Assembly: GCA_964016885.1 (NCBI GenBank)
Contig: OZ024740.1
Coordinates: 253,828,001-253,892,000, forward strand
Direction: 5' to 3'
From: Eledone cirrhosa
Taxonomy: Eukaryota
Length of the DNA: 64,000 nucleotides
Part shown: positions 51,716-64,000 of the stretch, in pieces
Numbering within the stretch: the stretch's first letter is position 1
Layout of the letters: each line of letters starts with the position of its first letter
Position numbers and translations under genes: made by a program
Notes under the pieces: model-generated
The model's input: the letters and a program-made list of their open reading frames with translations, nothing else
Told to the model about the DNA's origin: nothing
The model's database searches: none

Positions 51716-51731
51716 ATATATATATATATAT

Positions 51732-52250
51732 ATCATCATCATCATCATCATCATCAGGTTTAGCGTCCGTGTTCCACGCTTGCATGGGTTTGGACGGGGG
51801 TTTTCCCACTTGAGGCAAGAGTGGTTGTCTTGCTCGCATAGGACTGTCTGGCGGGTTTTCTACAGTTGGATGCCCTTCCTAACACCAACCACATTTACAG
51901 TGTGGGGCTGGGAGGTTTTTACCGTGTTGCCTACACGGCCACATTACAGCGTGGACTGTCTGGCGGGTTTTCTACAGCTGGATGCCCTTCCTAACACCAA
52001 CCACATTTACAGTGTGGGGCTGGGAGGTTTTTACCGTGTTGCCTACACGGCCACATTTACAGCGTGGACTGTGTGTTTTTTGTCGTGACACCTACACGAT
52101 CTCATTTGTTTCGGCCTGGATGTTGTGGGACCAACATAACTTTACATTGAAAGGGGCGGTGTGGGTGGGGTGGAGGTGGTGGGACGGGGGTGTGTTTTGA
52201 TAGAGGTGCCTACTGACTGTAGTAGGTTTTTACTTTGTATTTAGGTAAGG

Positions 52251-52252
<2 letters not shown>
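51732..52252 (-). mobile_element. RTE family A subfamily, 3' UTR only
   Basis: Same 112-bp duplication (units start at 51841 and 51953) and (ATG)n tail. Confidence 0.9.
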
Positions 52253-52290
<38 letters not shown>

Positions 52291-52345
52291 GTATGTATAT
52301 ACATATATTTATATATATATATATTTATATGTATGTATATACATA

Positions 52346-52380
<35 letters not shown>

Positions 52381-53055
52381 TTATATATATATGTATATAC
52401 ATATATATATATTTATTTATATATATAAGTATATACATATATTTATATATATATATATATTTATATGTATGTATATACATACATTTATTTATATATATAT
52501 ATGTATGTATATACATATATTTATATATATATATATATATTTATATGTATGTACATACATATATTTATATGTATGTATATACATATATTTATATATATAT
52601 ATATTTATATGTATGTATATACATATATTTATATATATATATATTTATATGTATGTATATACATATATTTATATATATATATATATATATTTATATGTAT
52701 GTATATACATATATTTATATATATATATATATATATATTTATATGTATGTATATACATATATTTATATATAGAAAGATTTGAATGGATACAGTTTAGTTG
52801 AAAGGAATTTATTGACACGTGTTTCTATAACAGTTACATAACCTAAAACAGCTGCTATCTACAAACTTTTAGTTATGCAGACATTCAATATTTCAATGTT
52901 ATTATTTACTGTCATTTCATCAGATTATATATTTATATATATATATATATATTTATATGTATGTACATATATTTATATATATATATATTTATATGTATGT
53001 ATATACATATATTTATATATATATATATATTTATATGTATGTATATACATATATT

Positions 53056-53094
<39 letters not shown>

Positions 53095-53284
53095 ATATGT
53101 ATGTATATACATATATTTATATATATATATATTTATATGTATGTATATATATATATATATATTTATATGTATGTATAATTTATATGTAGGTATATACATA
53201 TATTTATATATATATATATATATATTTATATGTATGTATATACATATATTTATATATATATATATATATGTATATACATATATT

Positions 53285-53316
<32 letters not shown>

Positions 53317-53500
53317 CATATATTTATATATATATATATATGTATATACATATATTTATATATATATATGTATGTATATACATATATATATATATATATG
53401 TATGTATATACATATATATATATGTATGTATATACATATATATATATGTATGTATATACATATATATATATGTATGTATATACATATATATATATGTATG

Positions 53501-53564
<64 letters not shown>

Positions 53565-53573
53565 CGCATATTT

Positions 53574-55295
53574 ATCATCATCATCATCATCACCGTTTTA
53601 CGTCCGTTCTTCCACGCTAGCATGGGTTAGACAGGTTGTCCTGTTGTGGGCAGTGTCTGGTCGGCTGACCATGCCTTGCTCATACAGGAACTGATTTGGC
53701 TTGATTTCTACAGCTGGATGCCCTTCCTAACACCAACCTCATTTACAGTGAGTGCTGGGTGCTTTTTCGTGGCGCCTACACGTCCACTTTACAGTGTGGG
53801 CTGGGTGCTTTTTTGCCGTAGCACCTCCACGACCACCTTGCGGTGGTCTATATGCTTCAGCTTGTACCCATGGGAGGTCAGGTACTCTGTATTACTGCGT
53901 GACGCCAGAAGTCACGGTCGTGTGTTTGAGAGGTGTACTTGGGTAAGGTCGGCTTTTATCACCTCATCCCAGGTCATCTTGGGTCTCCCCACTCCGCGGT
54001 TTCCATCAACTTCTAGTGCTCTGCACCTTTTTATGTAGCTGTCATCCTTCATACGCATCACATGTCCATACCAGCGCAACCGCCTCTTCTGCACACAGCA
54101 TTTGATTCCTCTTATGCTCAGTCTCTCTCTCAATTCATTTATGCTTTGTCGTTCATGTATATTACTGTTACACATCCATCGGAGCATCCAGGCTTCGTTT
54201 CTCTCTAATCTACGTAAGTCTTCCACCTTCAGCGCCCAGGTCTCACTACCATGCAACATTGCTGTTCGGATACACGCATCATACAGTCTGCCTTTCATTC
54301 TGAGGGAGAAGCCTTTTGCAGCTAGCAGTGGTAGTAGTTCCCTAAACTTCTTCCATCCCGTTCTTACCCTAGTTATTGTACTTTCTGAACACCCACCTCC
54401 GCTGCTAATTCGGTCACCTAGGTAGCAGAAGCTGTCTACTGTTTCTACAGAGCCCTCCCAGAGATTGGTGGTACTTGTTTCCTGTGGCTGTTTGCTGCTT
54501 GCTGTCCCAGCACAGCTGCTGCATGTGAAGCCTACATTCTTAATTAAGCTTCCTGAGATCCCGCTACATCTCTTGTGTACCCATTGTTTGCATTTGGGGC
54601 AGAGAATGGAGTTCCTACCTACACCTTTCCTACATACTGAGCAAGGCCATTTCCCTGAGGGGATCTGGGTTCTGTTTTCTCGTCTATTTACAAGTACCTT
54701 AGTCTTTGTCATGTTGACTTTGAGACCCTTTCTTTCTAGTTCCTGCTTAGACCCTTTCTTTCTAGTTCCTGCTTCCAAGTTTGGAATTTATTCGCTAGTT
54801 CTATCATAGATTCAGCTATGAGTGTGAGGTCATCAGCATACAGGAGTTCCCATGGGCATCCGGTCTTAAACTCCTCTGTTATTGCCTGCAGGACTATGAT
54901 GAACAGGAGGGGCCTAAGAACAGAGCCCTGGTGGACCCCAACCTGTACGCTAAATTCCTCGCTATACTCATTACTAATCCTAACTTCTGACTGCTCCCCT
55001 ATACATGGCTTGTACCGCTTTCACAAGCCATTCATCTACTCCAATTTTTCTAAGAGCCCACCAGATTACAGCACGTGGAACTCTGTCAAAGGCTTTCTCA
55101 AGGTCGACAAATGCCAAGTAGAGTGGCTTACTTTTAACTAGGTACTTTTCCTGTAATTGCCTCTTCCTGGTACAAACCCAAATTGCATCTCGTCTATTTT
55201 CAACAGGTCCCTAATCAACTGTTACTTTCATGACCTGGTCCATCAACTTTATACCTCTATAGTTTCCTCTATCTAGTGCATTGCCTCTACCTTTG
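53574..55295 (-). mobile_element. RTE family B, 5'-truncated and decayed
   Basis: ORF 53912-54778 plus upstream RT sequence. Several small deletions and a tandem duplication near 54722-54775. Confidence 0.92.
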
Positions 55296-55388
55296 TATAT
55301 ATATGTATGTATATATATATATATGTATGTATATACGTATATTTATATATATATATATGTATATTTATATATATATATATATATATGT

Positions 55389-55736
55389 ATCATCATCATC
55401 ATCATCATTTCATTTTACGTCCGCTTTTCCCTGCTTGCAAGGGTGGGACGGGAACAGATTCTGGCTTGATTTCTACAGCTGGATGCCCTTCCTAACACCA
55501 TCCTAACTCATTTACAGTGAGTGCTGGGTGCTTTTTTGCCGTGGCACCTCCACAACCACTTTGCAGTGGAATGATAGGGACCCCAGTCCCTATCATCTCA
55601 TTTCTACAGCTGAGGAAACTGGAGCAATGTGAAATAAAGTGTCTTGCTCAAAGAAACAACACATCACCCAGTCTGAGAATTGAACTCACAACCTTTCGAT
55701 TGCAAGGCCAATGCTCTAACCACTAAGCCATGTGCC
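55389..55736 (-). mobile_element. tRNA-derived SINE, second copy
   Basis: Reverse complement of 38601-38947 with A box TGGCTTAGTGG. Confidence 0.85.
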
Positions 55737-56118
55737 TACATGTATATACATATATTTATATATATATTTATATATATATATGTATATCCATATATTTATA
55801 TATATATTTATATATATATATATTTATATGTATATACATATATTTATATATATATACATATATGTATGTATATACGTATATTTATATATATATATGTATG
55901 TATATACGTATATTTATATATATATGTATATACGTATATTTATATATATATTTATATATATATATGTATATACATATATTTATTTATATATTTATATATA
56001 TATATATTTATATTTATATATATATATATTTATATGTATATACATATATTTATATATATATACATATATGTATGTATATACGTATATTTATATATATATA
56101 TATGTATGTATATACGTA

Positions 56119-56157
<39 letters not shown>

Positions 56158-56212
56158 ATACATATATTTATATATATATTTATATATATATATACATATA
56201 TTTATATATATA

Positions 56213-56253
<41 letters not shown>

Positions 56254-56302
56254 ATACTTATATTTATATATATATTTATATATATATATATGTATATACA
56301 TA

Positions 56303-56349
<47 letters not shown>

Positions 56350-56476
56350 AAAGTTATATTTAAATTGTTGGGTTACAACTAGTAAATATTTATAACTGAT
56401 ATAAAAGCACTCGACAAGTATTTGGAGTATGTTTACAATATTAAATAAATGGAAACTATATTTATAAAACCATATT

Positions 56477-56542
56477 TATTTCATTATATATATTTCAGGG
56501 ATATCATATTAACAATATGCTATGCCTTCCTCAGACAAAATA
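56477..56542 (-). ncRNA. Type I minimal hammerhead ribozyme (inverted pLTR copy)
   Basis: Reverse complement of 60417-60482. Confidence 0.8.
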
Positions 56543-57501
56543 CAATATAAACAGTTTTATAGATAAATAGATTTGACATACCGTAACAACATCGACTTGT
56601 ATTTGAAAAGTTGATTTGGCAGTGAAAAAATTGTACACAGAGAGAAAGAAAGAGAGAAAACAAAAAAAAGGAAAGAAAGACAGAAAACGAAGAAAAAGAA
56701 GAAGAAAAAAGAAGAAAAAAAGAAGAAATGCATGGAACAAAATAGAGAGATGGAAAGATAGATAAAGAGAAGAACTTCATGTAAAGAAACAGAGAGAGAA
56801 ATATATATATATAGAGAGAGAGGAAATAGAGATAGATACATATATATAGAAAACTAGGTAGTGGGACGTCAGTTGAGTAAACGTATCAATGATACATTTA
56901 TTTATTTATTTATTTATTTAGCTCTAGTATTAATGTAAGGGAGATATATGTGGTTAGGATAGAAACCAGCTGTTATATAGAGAGAAAAATTAAAAATAAC
57001 CAGACATAGGCGAGGCATAAAAAAACCCTATGTTTTAATGTAGAGGTATTCGTATGTATAAAAACCAGCCACTATATTGTAAATATCAGTATTCCTGAAT
57101 GAGACATGTATCCATAATGTGTGAAAATGATCATATGTTTAGTTTTTTTAAAAAATTCATATGTTTATGTGATAACTACAAACATCTATGTGAATTTATA
57201 TGATCAACTCTGCAAACCCTAAGGTCACGGAAAACATTCTCATTGTGCTATAATAATTTAAGTATACATATGTGTATATATATACACACAAATATATATA
57301 GAGTCAATATTGCTACTATTCCTGTCTTTACTCTACAAGATTATCTATCAAGCAGAAATAGAGAGCAGATTTCAATATACTAATAAAAATATACTAATAA
57401 AAATATATATCAGAAACAAAAAATAACAATAATAATAATAATAAGTAATAATAAGATAGAAAACTAAAAAATATTACGAAAGAGTATTACATATTAAAAA
57501 T

Positions 57502-59055
57502 ATGGATTGTTTATATAACCTGAGCTTGTGGAAGGGAACTGGAGAGGTTGTTGAGTGGTTTAAGCAAATTAAATATAACAATAATAATAAGTTTATCCAA
57601 CTTGATATTGCTAACTATTATTCTTCTATTACCCCTAATCTACTAAATAAGGCACTAAATTACGCATTAAAACATACTGACCTAACTAGCAATGAAATGC
57701 ATATTATATTATCGGCTAGGAAAACTTTGATAGAATTTAATGACCAACTATGGACCAGAGCAGATAGAGATAGCAATTTTGACATTACTATGGGATCATC
57801 CGACTCAGCTCAGGTAACTGACCTTGTGGGCTTATTTTTAATCAATTCGCTACATAGGAAAATACCTGGTACTACCGGAGGTTTATATAGAGATGACATG
57901 CTTTTACTTATTGATAATAATAACTCTGAACTAAATAGAAAATGTAAACAAATTACACAATTTTTTAATTACTTTAATCTTAAAATAGAAATTGAGAACA
58001 ACCATAGAATAGTCAATTTCCTAGATATAACATTGAATCTCAACACATGTCTTCACTATCCTTTTCACAAGTTGAATGAAAACTTAAACTATGTCAACTT
58101 TAACTCTAACCACCCCAGATCTGTCAAAAACACTATAGTAAACTCTGTTCAAAAACGTATCTCTAGGATCTCGTCGAATAGAAAGATTTTCGACGAAAAA
58201 GCCCAACACTACAATGAAGCATTAGCTAGAGCAGGATATGCTGATAAGATTATGTACATAGATAATGATAGACAAACTAAACAAAATAACAACTATTTTA
58301 ATTACGGCAACAACCTTAACAACTATAATAGAAAGCATTACAGTAATTCCAAAGGCCAAAAAAGAAATAGAACTAGGAACATAATTTGGTTTGCCCCCCC
58401 CCCCCCCCCTTTCTCACTAAACATTAAAACCCACATCGCTAAACTATTTTTTAAAGCTCTTGATAATCGCTTCCCTAGAACACATAGGTATCACTCAATT
58501 TTCAATAGACATACAATTAAATTAACCTACTCATCCACCAAAAATTTAGCACAAAATATTAATAGAATAAATAATAGGAACTTAAAACCTAGTGATAATA
58601 GCATAAATAATATACAAGTTAACAAATGTAACTGTAGAGATAGATCTAAATGTCCGTTAAATAACAACTGCTTAGTTAAAAATATAGTATACAATTGTAA
58701 TGTTAAAACTGACTCTAATTCTTTTAACTACGTCGGTTCCACATCGACGGAATTTAAACTTCGCTATAATAACCACAAGAATTCTTTCACAGATCCAAGC
58801 AAGAAATCTTCAACGGCACTATCAGGCGTACTCTGGCAACTTAAGCTAGATAACGTTAGATATTCGACGGCTTGGAATATAGTCTCAAGAGGGATTCCTT
58901 TTAATTCATCCTCTGAGACATGTGACCTCTGTGCAGAGGAGATATTCTTTATACTAAAATATAAAAATTCCCTTAATCTACGGACAAATTTATTCAGTTG
59001 CTGCAAACATAGATTAAACTCAACGTTTAAATATAAATTTAAATTTAAAATGTAG
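57502..59055 (+). CDS. PLE reverse transcriptase-GIY-YIG polyprotein, N-terminally truncated
   Basis: FIQLDIANYYSSI, ITMGSSDSA, GLYRDD, VNFLDI, SNHP, CNCRDRSKC (CxCx5C), IVY...YVGST...FKLRYNNH, CDLC. Confidence 0.9.
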   Translation: MDCLYNLSLWKGTGEVVEWFKQIKYNNNNKFIQLDIANYYSSITPNLLNKALNYALKHTDLTSNEMHIILSARKTLIEFNDQLWTRADRDSNFDITMGSSDSAQVTDLVGLFLINSLHRKIPGTTGGLYRDDMLLLIDNNNSELNRKCKQITQFFNYFNLKIEIENNHRIVNFLDITLNLNTCLHYPFHKLNENLNYVNFNSNHPRSVKNTIVNSVQKRISRISSNRKIFDEKAQHYNEALARAGYADKIMYIDNDRQTKQNNNYFNYGNNLNNYNRKHYSNSKGQKRNRTRNIIWFAPPPPPFSLNIKTHIAKLFFKALDNRFPRTHRYHSIFNRHTIKLTYSSTKNLAQNINRINNRNLKPSDNSINNIQVNKCNCRDRSKCPLNNNCLVKNIVYNCNVKTDSNSFNYVGSTSTEFKLRYNNHKNSFTDPSKKSSTALSGVLWQLKLDNVRYSTAWNIVSRGIPFNSSSETCDLCAEEIFFILKYKNSLNLRTNLFSCCKHRLNSTFKYKFKFKM

Positions 59056-60416
59056 TATATTTAGTTTGATTTATAATTATATGGGAAACTAGCCGATAAA
59101 TCTTTGATTTCTTCTTTTTCTTCTTTTTATTTTTATTTTTATTTTTATTTAAACATTCTTCATGAAAAATTAAGCTACCCTAAAAGTTGATGCTCCAAAT
59201 ATTTCGAATAAACGTTACACTAGATAAACTTCTATATTAAATATAAGAACACATGTAGACCAAATGGGCATCCTAAACTTTTTGAAATGATTTTTGCTTG
59301 ATAAATAATTTTTGGCTTTATCTGTTTTTCGACTCTGATGCTTATAATGAACTTGGCAATATATTGTCAATTAATTTTGAAGGGTTGATCTTTGTGGTTT
59401 ATTTTTATTATTGTAGTATTTTCTAATATTTTTATTTTTAATATTTTTAATATGTAATATTTTTAATATGTAATACTCTTTCGTAATATTTTTTAGTTTT
59501 CTATCTTATTATTACTTATTATTATTATTGTTATTTTTTGTTTCTGATATATATTTTTATTAGTATATTTTTATTAGTATATTGAAATCTGCTCTCTATT
59601 TCTGCTTGATAGATAATCTTGTAGAGTAAAGACAGGAATAGTAGCAATATTGACTCTATATATATTTGTGTGTATATATATACACATATATGTATACTTA
59701 AATTATTATAGCACAATGAGAATGTTTTCCGTGACCTTAGGGTTTGCAGAGTTGATCATATAAATTCACATAGATGTTTGTAGTTATCACATAAACATAT
59801 GAATTTAAAAAAAAAACTAAACATAAGATCATTTTCACACATTATGGATACATGTCTCATTCAGGAATACTGATATTTACAATATAGTGGCTGGTTTTTA
59901 TACATACGAATACCTCTACATTAAAACATAGGGTTTTTTTTTTATGCCTGCCTATGTCTGGTTATTCTTAATTTTTCTCTCTATATAACAGCTGGTTTCT
60001 ATCCTAACCACATATATCTCCCTTACATTAATACTAGAGCTAAATAAATAAATAAATAAATAAATGTATCATTGATACGTTTACTCAACTGACGTCCCAC
60101 TACCTAGTTTTCTATATATATGTATCTATCTCTATTTCCTCTCTCTCTCTCTATATATATATTTCTCTCTCTGTTTCTTTACATGAAGTTCTTCTCTTTA
60201 TCTATCTTTCCATCTCTCTATTTTGTTCCATGCATTTCTTCTTTTTTTCTTCTTTTTTTTTCTTCTTTTTCTTCGTTTTCTGTCTTTCTTTCCTTTTTTT
60301 CTCTCTCTTTCTTTCTCTCTGTGTACAATTCTTTCACTGCCAAATCAACTTTTCAAATACAAGTCGATGTTGTTACGGTATGTCAAATCTATTTATCTAT
60401 AAAACTGTTTATATTG

Positions 60417-60482
60417 TATTTTGTCTGAGGAAGGCATAGCATATTGTTAATATGATATCCCTGAAATATATATAATGAAATA
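60417..60482 (+). ncRNA. Type I minimal hammerhead ribozyme
   Basis: TATTTTGT-CTGAGGA-AGGcATAgCATATT-gtt-AATATGaTATcCCT-GAAA-TATATA (palindrome)-TA-ATGAAATA. Confidence 0.82.
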
Positions 60483-60654
60483 AATATGGTTTTATAAATA
60501 TAGTTTCCATTTATTTAATATTGTATATATATATATATATATATGTATGTATATACATATATTTATATATATATATGTATGTATATACATATATTTATAT
60601 ATATATATATATATTTATATGTATGTATATACATATATTTATATATATATATAT

Positions 60655-63600
60655 TGTATGTAGATAAATCTACCAAAATGTACGGTAGTGTCCAATCCGT
60701 ATGAAGAACTCAATGTAATCCGAATATCATGAAAAGAGATGTATTCAAAAATCTTTTTCAGATGAAAAATACAGGAAAACAGAGTCAAGATAAATTAATA
60801 AAAATAATGAATAAAAACAAAGAAACAGTTCCTTATATTAAAAAATTCATCATTTTACGATCGTTTCTAGGATATATATGTTTGTGTTGGTATGTATATC
60901 ATATAGATCTATGTAACATTTTTACAAACTATCAGAGGGAATATACATACATTCACATATATATGCTGTCTTCAGAAATAATGATATTTGTTCATTGAAA
61001 AAAAACAACAAAGATTTAATATAATAGGTCTGTTTGGGAACAGGTTTTGAATTGACCAATAGAAAGGTAGTAAATGGTCTAGATGGTAGAATAGTAGTAA
61101 TAGAACTTTAATTTAGGGGTAGAGGAAGGCAGATTTCAGTTTTGAATGGAAAGAGTATGATGAATGAAAAGATTATTTTGGGGATGAAAATAGGTCAAGT
61201 CGGTAAAAGGTACACGAAAAATTGATGTTATAAAAGAATAATGCCAATGTAAATATCTAAGGAGAATAAAATTTTACGATAAATGTGTTAGTGAAAAATA
61301 TCAATCTTATTTAAAATATAGGGAATTTACATCTATAAAAAGAAAATAAATTAATTAAATTGATAGGTATATTTATATTGATAAATTTATATTAATGCAT
61401 ATAGATATGATAAATAAGAGTTAGATGTAATTGAAGAGTGCTGTTAAAAACGAAGGGAAAATAATAATAATAATTATTGGGGGGGGGGGGGGTTAAATTT
61501 ATTAGTGAGAAATAAGAAATTTATATAGATTATAAGGAACATAGAATCATAACCTGAAATTAAAATAGTTTATATGTATACTTAATGGTATAAATTTTAG
61601 GAAAAGATAGCTGTAAAAGGGAAATAAAATTATGTAGTTCATTAGTAGTAGAATATTAATTATAGGTTAACTAATTTAAAAAAAGTGTTATTATAATAAT
61701 TACTAAAGTGTATATTAATTAGGTTTATAATATTTAAAAGTTCTTCTCAGTTTATGATTACATGATATAATTAATTCCTGTCGTTTATTTAATAGGATAT
61801 CCTTAGATTTCATTATTTCAAAAAGTTCCTGGGAACATAATCTACATTCATATCTATTATTTTGATAAGGGGTGGCCCTTTTGAGCACACTCCAGGTCAG
61901 GTCATAATCTATATTCCTCTTTCTATAATTATTAATTATTTCAGCTAAAGATGTTGTATTAGCTAATGCGGCATTTTTAAAACTGTGTTTGTGGGTATTA
62001 AATCTTACTTTAAATTGGTTAGAAGTAGCTCCTATATATGAATAAATTGAGTCCTTAGTGTTAACTTTACATTTATATACTATGTTATTAATAAGGCAAT
62101 TTCCTTTTAATGGGCAATTTGCTTTGTTTCTACAGTTACAACCTTTCGGGAATGCTGTATCAGAGGAGATAGTCAAATTAGGTGTGGAATTTTCACGACT
62201 TGTTGTATGTGAATCAGATGGTGGTTTGCTGTGGTTTATTTTAGTATTATGGTTAGTTTGATGTATTGGGGGTATATTCATGGTTTTTTTACATTTATAT
62301 GCATTATAGGCACTTATATTTTGTTGTATGTTTTTGTCTGTTGAGTACAAGAATTTAACCGTTGATCTATTTAAAATTTGATGGTATTTGTGGTTTGGTG
62401 GGAAGTTTTTCTCTAGGATAGTAAACATTTTTTTAGGTATATTATCTTTAATTTGTAGATTAAATGGAGCATTATACCAAGTAACTTATCTATTACGGTT
62501 TCGATGTTGTTTATTATTTTTATAGGATGTATCCTGATGTTTATTAAGAGAATTATTGTTAATGATTTTATTACACATATTTTTAGTTAGATTCATTGAT
62601 TTAGGTGTTTTAGCCTGTTTATTAGGAATTTTATTATTAACATATATTGGAGTATTAGGATGAATAGTTTTTTGAAAGTTACTATATTGTATATTAGAAG
62701 AGTTAGAGAAATTAAGTTTTATGTTGGTATTTTTGGGTATAGTGTGAGTGGCATTTAGGTGTGTATATTTCATTTGGTGTTTGTTGGTAATATTGGGTTG
62801 TATGTTTATAGTGTTATTGGTACAAGGTATATATACTAATTTGTTTTTGTGGCCACTTCTAGCTAAAGCTTTGTTATAAAAGGTCGCATTTTTATCAAAT
62901 ACATCCTGGTTAGACGAAAGGTTAGAAATTCTAAGTGAGATATTATATGCTAGGTTTTTAAGGATAGATTTAGGGTGATTAGATTGTGAGTGTATGTAAT
63001 GTAAGTTTTGGTTAGGTTTATGGTAAGGTTGGTAGATACCCGTAGATAAGTCTAATGTTATATCTAGGAAATTAACTACTTTACTTGTGTTTTCAAATGT
63101 AATATCTAGACTATAATAGTCTTTGAGGAAAGTTCTAATAAGTTTTTTATTTTTTTCAATTTCTGATAGGCTAAGGTTATTGGAAAGAAGAAGACAGTTG
63201 TCACGATATGAGCCACCTTTAAGGTGGGGAAAAGAAGCATTTCTGTTAAATAGAAGAAAGAGGCCCACAAGATCGGTAATTTGGGCAGAATCACTTGAGC
63301 CCATAGTAATGTCGAATAGATTACTATATGTGTTTCTGGTCCAGTATTCTTTTTTGAAATTCCAGTAGTGTTTGTCTAGCATGTGTAATAATATTAATGT
63401 CATCCAAAGTTAAGTTTGATCTATTTTTGGCAAATATCAAGGCTTTGTTCAGGAGTATAGGTGATATAGAGGAATAATAAGTATCTATATCGAATTGTAG
63501 AAATGAAGCAGAAGATTTATTTCTAATATTAGTAAACCAGTTAATTACCTGGGATGTGTTTTCCCAGAGTGGTAAATTAACATGTTTTCTTAATTGTGGG

Positions 63601-64000
63601 ATGACTCTATCTAAAATTTTTTTACTAATGATGCCAATATCAGATTTGGAAGGGCCTTATAGAAGGATTAGTTAAAGTTAGATTTGTGATCTTTCAGGTT
63701 GAAATGTGGTTTTTTCAGTGCCAAAGGTTCAGTTCTATCTTCAATATTAAGTCTATTTACTATGTTGTGTGTTTTGTTGTTGATGTTGGTAAGTGCCGCA
63801 TTGTTTGTTTTTTTATAATTTTTCCTGAGTTATTTATATATGAACTCATTGTAATTATCAATATCCATGTGATACAGATTTCCAGTTTTGTCAGAGTGGA
63901 CATGGATTTTGTTAGATTTTTTTAGATCCAATAGGGTAGAATCAAGATCCTTTTGAAAATTAGATTTATACTTCTTAAATTTGAGGTGTTTGATTAAGTT
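60655..64000 (-). mobile_element. Second Naiad-like PLE, disrupted, runs off the window
   Basis: FLQFDIDTYYSSI near 63480, ITMGSSDSA, YRDN (mutated), CNCRNKANC, IVY...YIGAT, CRLC. In-frame TAA at 62486-62488 and a frameshift near 63400. Confidence 0.88.

Larger units (their letters stand above)
56347..60524 (+). mobile_element. Naiad-like PLE, 5'-truncated, preceded by an inverted pLTR copy
   Basis: About 56436-57500 is the reverse complement of about 59460-60524. The RT-GIY-YIG ORF lies between them. Confidence 0.9.
45133..60652 (+). repeat. Dispersed remnants of one (TA)-derived minisatellite, unit about ATTTATATGTATGTATATACAT+(AT)n
   Basis: The same unit, in the same orientation, occurs in tracts at about 46.8, 47.6, 48.6, 50.9, 52.3-53.5, 55.3-56.3 and 60.5 kb. 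Confidence 0.8.

Noticed and set aside
57090-57140. CTGAATGA...GAAA-ATGATCAT second hammerhead candidate
   Set aside because: The core has an extra base and no stem I pairing was found.
62486-62488. In-frame stop in the Naiad-like ORF as possible selenocysteine recoding
   Set aside because: The stop is TAA, not TGA, and is not at a Cys position. The copy also has YRDN and a frameshift, so this is decay.

Overview
This is a gene-free eukaryotic repeat region, probably from an octopod cephalopod (inferred from the tRNA/CORE-like SINE, the RTE families with (ATG)n tails and the extreme (TA)n content). No host gene is supported. The window is a chain of (TA)n microsatellite tracts carrying more than 30 transposable-element copies or fragments. 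These include at least five RTE-clade LINE families (three with a PHD-like finger inside the RT), a CR1-group LINE pair, an R4/Dong-like RLE element, several Penelope-like elements (PLEs), three Helitron 3' ends, SINEs and a MITE. Three things stand out. First, reading both strands gives 13 hammerhead-ribozyme-like motifs, including a non-canonical core variant supported by covariation, plus one HDV-like ribozyme candidate at the 5' end of a non-autonomous RTE derivative. Second, inverted or fold-back structures recur, several centred on (TA)n. Third, young copies carry microhomology and templated-insertion deletion scars. All folds were paired by eye, boundaries are approximate, and most short ORFs in the track are microsatellite or antisense artefacts.
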